The notes beneath the pieces were generated by a model, which saw nothing but the letters and a program-made list of their open reading frames with translations, made no database searches and was not told the origin of the DNA. A DNA stretch of 56,821 nucleotides, counting the filler, from Sphacelaria rigidula (lineage: Eukaryota), in NCBI GenBank assembly GCA_964200075.2. It is 4 parts of 4 records of this genome, joined end to end, with 100 filler letters (N's around TTAATTAATTAA, not from the genome) between each part and the next. Parts side by side here need not be neighbours in the genome. Positions count along the whole stretch, not along the records: positions 42,694 to 56,821 come from CAXNAA020002443.1; 3 more parts are not named here. One strand, 5' to 3'. This document shows, piece by piece, positions 49,850 through 56,821 of the stretch. Made by a program: the position numbers and the translations under genes. Numbering within the stretch: the stretch's first letter is position 1; every line of letters begins with the position of its first letter.

Positions 49850-50800
49850 CTACTCTATCGCCGACTCACCCGGGACGTGTCTTATGATGCTTGCATTCCG
49901 TCTCTGTTTGGCATTTTGCTTGTTTCCCTGTCTGGCTTTTGGGACTATCTTAACCTGGTCTGGTTCATGTTTTAATGTTTGTTTCACGAAATTCTCTAGA
50001 CCTAACGCGGTATCAGTGCTGCTCATTTGTCGTTCAATAGTGTCTAGGGCAGCCGGGAGAGTACGACCAAAGAGTATTTGAAATAAGGGCATGCCGGAAG
50101 GGACGGATGGATCCGGGAGTGTACGTTTAATCCAACACGTTGGGTCTACGTACCCGTCCCACTTGTCGGACAGTGTATCAAGCATCCATGCACCTGCCCT
50201 CTCAATGGTATCTTGACCTGGGTGATTTGCGGGTCGGTAGACCATTGATAATTTAAGTCATCTACATAAATACCTCACTGATGCAGCTGCGGGGCTCCCC
50301 CCCCTTTTTGGCTGCAAATTAGTGTAGGCATGACGAACGTCTCACACAGGATCAATAGTAGGGTGCGGGCCACCCGTATCGACTCTTTTGTCGGGCGGGG
50401 GGGGGGCAAAAGGGTTTTGGTGCCCGGTCCATAACCTATGGTGTGTATTGAATACCGGATGTTTATATGCAGTGAGTGTCCTGGAAGTCAATCTCCAATA
50501 TCAATAAGGGCTACAAAAGGCAACTCTTCACCACCGTTATAAGTTGAGACTGGCCTTTTCCCAGCGTCTGCAACCGTATGATCGAGCGTACTCGCGACAG
50601 TCTCTGTTCGTACTGTTCGAGCAGAAATGACCCTGCAAAAATAGCATGGTGTGTGCTAATTCATTATGCGCGTATTTAGTGTGTACCAGTGCTGTCAGGT
50701 CACAAATCAGTCGTCACTGGATGACTAGAGTTGACATGTGCTTATCACCGGTACCCACAACAGACAATGATCGTCCCTGGTGTAGCACTCTGAAAAGCGT
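49850..50800 (-). pseudogene. Decayed Ty3/gypsy integrase (H2C2 zinc finger and core)
   Basis: YRPANHPGQDTIERAGAW...WDGYVDPTCWIKRT...MPLFQILFGR resembles the integrase 'Y.P..HP.GQG.VER...W....P..LLFGR' pattern; upstream DLTALVHT.YAH and PTKESI.VARTLL remnants; many frameshifts. Confidence 0.8.
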
Positions 50801-53800
50801 TTATCGGGTCTTCCCGCTTCGTATCATTGAAAAGAGCAGCTCGTGTCCGGTTAAGTTGGGGACTGTTGTTTCTTCTCTCCCCCTCCCCCCCTTTTTTTTG
50901 CCATTAAATTTTAGCAACTACACTGGATAAATGGGGGGAAAGTGCTGATAGCGTTGGGGGTTTTGAATATGGAACTGAACGGTTTCGGAGCACAACCCTC
51001 AGGTGTTCAACACTCCTGACGACTACTGCAATAAGCAACTATATCTGGTTCAACATCTGCAGACATGAAACGCTTTGGGGCGGATCTTTCTCAAATCTTG
51101 TGAACAGTACAGCCAAAGGATGACATATCTCCCTAAAATCCAAACGCATGAGCTGTAAGATGGCAAATAGAAGAATAACTCTATGAACTGATCTGGGATA
51201 ATTTTTTGTTAACAGAACACATGAGTTGACCGTAATGTAACAAGATGTTGTGCCGGATACCACTATTTCCACGATGAGCCGTCACGATAGAGTCACGATA
51301 CGGTTTGCTATATCGCACAGTTCAAGAGGGGGCGGTTGCCAATCGTGAGTGTGAAGGTACAGTGAAAACAACGTAAAAAATAAATTAAACCTAAAAGCAT
51401 CCACACTCGAGATGAACACTCCAACACCAGAGTGGGCGTTGCACCCAAAAATGGACTATTGGCGGGAGCGACTGTTACGAAAGCGATTATCATAGCCCTT
51501 GGCAATATGAGATAAGATACTCGATGTTCAGTCACACCTAGCAGTTAGTCCTGTTATGTAAACAGACGTACAAAAATCACCCAACCGAGCAAACCACTGA
51601 ATTGTATTCAACGCGGACACATACCGTCTTCGATGTACCGTGCTTCCGCGTCCCGGCGTGGCCTGGTGGGGGGCAAAACGGTCGCCATCGCATTTAGCGC
51701 CCTGTTTCTCATGATGACACATATACCCAGGACAAGGGTGTGGGATGAAGTGTAAGGTCAGCACAAGTTGGGAGCACTGAGTACATGAAGATAAGAGCAT
51801 GCCCTGGTCTTGTCACTCCTGTCGCGTATCGACTCGTTCCGTGTCGAGCACTGAATTCGACACATGACGAAGTGTCATATGAATAAGGGTACGAAAAGGG
51901 CTCCATCATCCAATGCAATAAGTACAGACATATCAGTAAGCGACGAAATGTACGTGTGTAGAATATGTACTGCGAATAGAATCCTAAAATACAAAATATG
52001 CGAAACCCACCAAAACCGTGTATTTCCCAGAACAGAAACGGCCACCGCAGAAATGATATCCGGTGATACAACACAAGCGAAAACACTAGGGTGACACAAA
52101 CACAAACAAAAATATAGTTAGCAAGGGTGAGCACAAAATACAATATCGCAGTTCCCAAAAGCTAAACTGTCACCGCAGGGATGAAACCCTGTGAAGCCGG
52201 GCGCAGGGGTCGTCGCGGGAAAAAGCCGAAGAGCATTGTGGATGAGTGGCAATTCAGCATGATGTATTGTGGTCATCACTTGTACTCTTTTCCGGAGTTT
52301 CAGTGGTCGTGATCGTAAGGCTGTTGTTGCATGAGATGCAACAGTGGGAAGCTGTTTTTCATGGCCCCCTTTTTTATTTTTTAGATGATTGAACGATCTT
52401 GGCACTAGGGCTTGAGGATAGAACTGCCTGTACATGTTGCTACGATATCCTCCCGGTTCTGTTCGCCGTCTCGGCTCGTACCTGAACTGGATGATATTAC
52501 CTGTGTTGCTGGACGGACTCCCGGGTGTCTCGCTGCATGTGTCGTGTTGTGCTCAAGGTCGCATGTATAATCGTTTTGTGGTGCGGTACCGACAATGGTA
52601 TGGTTCGCGGTACTCACAGAAGGGCTATGGGACGCTACTACAAAAAGAACACGAATGAAGAGAAAAATATTCTTCCGATAGATGGACGGGTGGGAGCTGA
52701 TCGAGTAACCCACTATTGTACCTGTATTTTGGCGCCCTACCTTGAGGCAGGGTGTACCTGGTAGGGGGTAGACCTGTGGAGGGTTGGCTTGTGCATATAT
52801 TCCCTCAACTGCATGGTGCAAAAATAAATAAATCGGATGTATGGAAGTTACTCGCAGGCGAGCAGACCTGGATATATCGATTTTTCAATGCAGAAAATGA
52901 GCCAATCCTTCTTCTTCTTGTTTTGTTGCGGCGTCGGTGTAGTATATTAATCGCGTTGCTTCCACGGCATATTTTCACATGTGAGTAGACATTGTGTGTT
53001 GTTTGACATCTCATGGGTGATGGTGGGATAATCATGCATAATGTAGCGTATATTGTGAGTAAAGTACACGTCGGTTCTGTTAATGAAAAAATGTTTTATC
53101 GCCGCTTTCTTGACAAAAAAGAAGAAAAGAATGAGCTCATATCCCGTATTAAACAAGCGTATACCAGAGTTGTTATTCAGCGCTGGTGAGCGACCTACTA
53201 TGAGGCCGACGGTTCAAATATTCCAATTAAAAAAAAACTGAAAAAAAAATAACACAGTAACATTTCCACTCAAGTCAGTGCTTACTCAGCCGGCGATATA
53301 TAGTCTGAGTCTGAGTCGGTCGTGTATCGACGTACAACAAAATGAAGGCAGAAATCGAGAGTGAGGCTAAAACAAAATGCCCAAAAAACAAATGAAGCGC
53401 TGCGTGAGGATTGCTTGCGGCAAACGATCCTGAATGATGATTTGTTTTGTGCGGGGCATGAGCCATTTCCTTTTTGCTCCTTCTTTTTTATTTTTTGTTG
53501 GGATCTGTTGGTATCTGTGGTCTGTTGATCGCGTTGCCCGACACAGAATATTGTCATGTTAGCTGTTGAAATTGATTAGCGTTTCATGGTTGTTGATGGG
53601 ATGAGTGAGCATCGTGTGTTACATGCCGGTTCAGAGGAGAACAATGACCTAGGTGCATGTCGTTTCATTACCGTTCATGTCCAAGAAGGGGAGAAAAGTA
53701 AGGAAGGAGAAGAAAAAAGGAACTGAGCTCATGTCTCGCACAAAGAAAAACTTCATTAATTCCGATTAGTCTCGCAAGCAATCAATGTATCCCTGTTGGG

Positions 53801-55474
53801 GCAATATTGTGCACGGAAGAATACGCGTTGCACTGGATGTGAGTCAAGTCGATCGTTGTGTCCGTTACACTATGTCATAAGAGCTATGTGGGGACTCGTA
53901 TTTATAATAGACACTTATGCGCTTATAGCCTGGAAAGAAGGAACTTTCAGCACGTGAAGGGTTGGGGGTAAAATACGACGTGTGGGTCGCTTGTGTGAGA
54001 GTACAACCGGATATACCATTATTTTTATGGGAGTTACGAACATTTTTTTCGATAGCGGCGGCGATTACGGTTATTTTGTGCATTGCATGTAAGGTATATT
54101 TTGACATTTGGGTAAACATCTCATGTTGATGGATTTGTTAAGTGTGCACCATGTGGATAGCATTCATAGATTATACATGAATTTAATGAATCTCTTTTCA
54201 TGCGAAAGTTGATCGTCGCCGCTGCCTGGGAAAATGTATGTTCATGGACTCGCACAAAAAAAAATTATATCCGTTCTGATCAGTTCGCGCGAGTGATCCC
54301 TTGATTTGCATTCTTCGTATACCTGGGTAGTGTTCTAGTTTCAAAGCTGAAACGATGTCCCAAAATCTACTGTGCACAAACGGTTCTCATCATGCTGCTC
54401 TGTATTATCCGTGTAGTCTATAGCTGCACCACACATGTTTGACTTTCCAGTCGTGTGAGAACACAGAGCCGTGGGTAATTATCAGTCACCGTTGCTCACC
54501 TCAGCTCGATGTTTCTCGAGATGCACTGCCGGCTCATCGACTTAGCTTGCATACTGTAGTACAGTTTACCGATTACTCGTATCGATCAGTAAGAAAGCAT
54601 ATATGGGCGTTTGTGTGCGGGGGGACAACTGATTGTGGCAGTAGAACCTGATTCGTGCCCGACACAGGTACCAGCCCTGCGATGTTGATGCTGGATAAAC
54701 GGGATGGTTAGGAAAGGTGACCCCGCCAACACTGGCAAGGTTCGTTGTATGCCTTTGTTTGCTAGGGCGATGTCTTATGCGACCACGTGCAAATCATGTG
54801 AAATAACTGGTGTTTGTCTACCATGAAAGTAGGCCAACAACCACAAACAATTGCGAACCCTGTAGGGCAGTTTGCCAAGACTTTGATAAGCATAAATCTG
54901 ACCCTGGACCCGCACATTGTGCTGCTATGAGGCAGACAGCTGCTACCAACAATCACCGAGGATACAGCAGCTTCGTGCTGGCTCAATCTTTTTGCCTCAA
55001 CTTACATGCACCTGCCTTACGTGTCTTCTGTGGTAGTACGAGTATACAGTACTTACTGCAGGCCGAACACACAGCTGCAGACTCGTCACCTGATTGTTTG
55101 AAACTTGATTCTGCCGAATTTTGACCCCACCTCGATTCTGTGCGGACGGAAATACAGCATGCAGCATTACAAATGCTCACGCGCTCTTCAGCGCACATCG
55201 CACCGAGGTCGCCGTACGGAGTTTAGATGCACTACGGCACGGCAACAACTACCGCATTGCGGTGGCTAGGTCGGGAAGCACCTTGCTTGATCACTCAATA
55301 CGCAACAGCCAACACCCTCTGACGGTTTGAACATTTGAACAGATAGCAAACAACACTGTCTGCCTTGCAACATTTCTCACAGCGATGAACGCAGTGTCAA
55401 AAACTAAAGAGCTCATATGTAGCCTCAGCGGAGGTAAATTTGTTGTCGAGTGATTGCGTTTGCTTCTCCTGCTC

Positions 55475-55491
55475 TCTCGGATTGGGCACCA
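55475..55491 (-). promoter_or_regulatory. PBS after the 5' LTR
   Basis: Identical to 48733-48749. Confidence 0.85.
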
Positions 55492-55972
55492 TGTCGCAGA
55501 AGAAAAGTAAATGCATTGGTGGGGTGTGGAAGGTAGCCTCTGGATGGGTTGCATCGGGTACGCAGGACATCCTAGGACCCTGTACAACAGTATGCAACGG
55601 CTACCGTACTAATGCAAGCCCTTTACGCCAAGACCATGCACACCTTTCGCTTCTTGAGTCGATTACAGCTTTGCAGAAGAGGAGCGGCACGCAATGAGCA
55701 CTGCGTATAGCATGTGGGCTATTCCTTGGTGAAGGGTGGGGGATGTCGCATTCAGCGGTGAGCAATAGTGGAGTGCAGTTCATCATCAGGTGGCGAATAT
55801 TGCTCTCAGAGATCGTTTGGGTCTTGCTTTTCTTCTGAACAGAAGGGGATCACAGGCGCAGTTGCCTATCCTATGTTTTTAGTGTCTCATCCTCGAGCGG
55901 CTTAAGGTGTCAGGACCCGCAGTTGGATCACTTTATAGTCTCTTCTACAGGGTCATTATTTATCCTGTGACA
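55492..55972 (-). repeat. 5' LTR (481 bp)
   Basis: TGTCACA...TGCGACA; I see four transitions relative to 48750-49230. Confidence 0.92.
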
Positions 55973-56646
55973 GTCACTCTCCCCTTCCTAGTGTATTCTA
56001 GCGCCTTGTCTATCTGTGTTTGCAATCTTTCTGCTGTTCCTGAAATCCCCACCGAATCATCCGCGAACACCAAACCTGATATGACATCTTTACCCACCTT
56101 GACTCCTTGATTTGCTGCTTCTATTGCTAGTATCAAGTCATTAATGAACACCTTGAACAAAGTGGGTGATAATGTGCATCCTTGTGTAACTCCTTGTGAA
56201 ATATCGAAATATTGCGATATTTCCTCGTCTAACATCAGGGCCCTTCTGGCACATTCTGTCATCTTCTTTGCCATTGTCCACATCTTTCTCTGATCCCAGC
56301 TTCCCACAACTTTTCCACAGCTCTTTTCTCTATACTGTATCATAGGCTTTTGCACGTCCAGAAAGAAACAGTATGTTGTCAACCCGGCGTCTTTCCTACC
56401 CTGAATAATCTTACCTAGTGTTTACACATGATCTACGCAACTACAGCTTGATCTGAAACCTACTTGTGCCTCGCTGATTATTTCGTCCTTTTCTAGCATA
56501 GTTCCTACTCTATCATTCAGAATCTTACAGAACGTTTCCCCTACCGTGCTGAGCAGCGTTATCCTCTTGTAGTTCCCTGGATCAGCCTTGTTTCCTTTTT
56601 GAAAAGATTGACGACTACTCCTTCTCTCGACCTCTTTGGCGTATAA
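55973..56646 (-). pseudogene. Decayed LINE (non-LTR) reverse transcriptase fragment, interrupted by the LTR element
   Basis: LFKKG.KADPGNYK.ITLL, QVGFR, CFFLDVQK, GVTQGCTLSPTLF, FADD motifs; contains an in-frame stop and frameshifts; cut exactly at the LTR TG. Confidence 0.93.
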
Positions 56647-56821
56647 ACAGCCTGGATTCGTTATTGAGGTTCAACATTTTAATGAGTTTCAACTCGAAAA
56701 CAGTGCTGCTTTCTCTGACCTAAAGTCATGACCAATGAATTTCACATGGACGACCTCATGCCCCCCGACCTTCTTAAAACTATTTCGGGTGCTGCCCGTC
56801 TTCCGTGCCCCCAAAGTGTAT

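Larger units (their letters stand above)
48750..55972 (-). mobile_element. Non-autonomous Ty3/gypsy LTR retrotransposon (LARD-like), 7223 bp
   Basis: Two 481-bp LTRs, PBS (55475-55491), PPT (49231-49241), decayed integrase; no ORF over 149 aa in the internal region. Confidence 0.9.

Overview
The window is not one locus. It is four eukaryotic contigs (1-14132, 14233-28363, 28464-42593, 42694-56821; 14132, 14131, 14130 and 14128 bp) joined by identical 100-nt N44-TTAATTAATTAA-N44 spacers. Short exons, kb-long repeat-filled GT-AG introns and the retroelement content suggest a brown alga or similar stramenopile (inference). Contig 1 carries 9 in-phase + strand exons of an unconventional myosin (end of motor, IQ, helical tail, MyTH4). 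Contig 2 carries the first 7 coding exons of flagellar IFT56/TTC26 on the - strand. Contig 3 carries a + strand GARP/MYB-CC (PHR1/PSR1-like) transcription factor that the ORF track mostly misses; its DNA-binding domain is atypical (SRLQKYR, insertion in helix 1). Contig 4 is a nest of mobile DNA: a decayed LINE RT interrupted by a head-to-tail tandem of a non-autonomous Ty3/gypsy element that shares a 481-bp LTR (PBS, PPT, decayed integrase), with a MITE in only one copy. SINEs, LINE 3' ends, hAT-type MITEs, foldbacks and two degenerate long-unit tandem arrays fill the introns. No CRISPR, rRNA or intact tRNA gene was found. All family assignments come from recalled motifs, not database searches.
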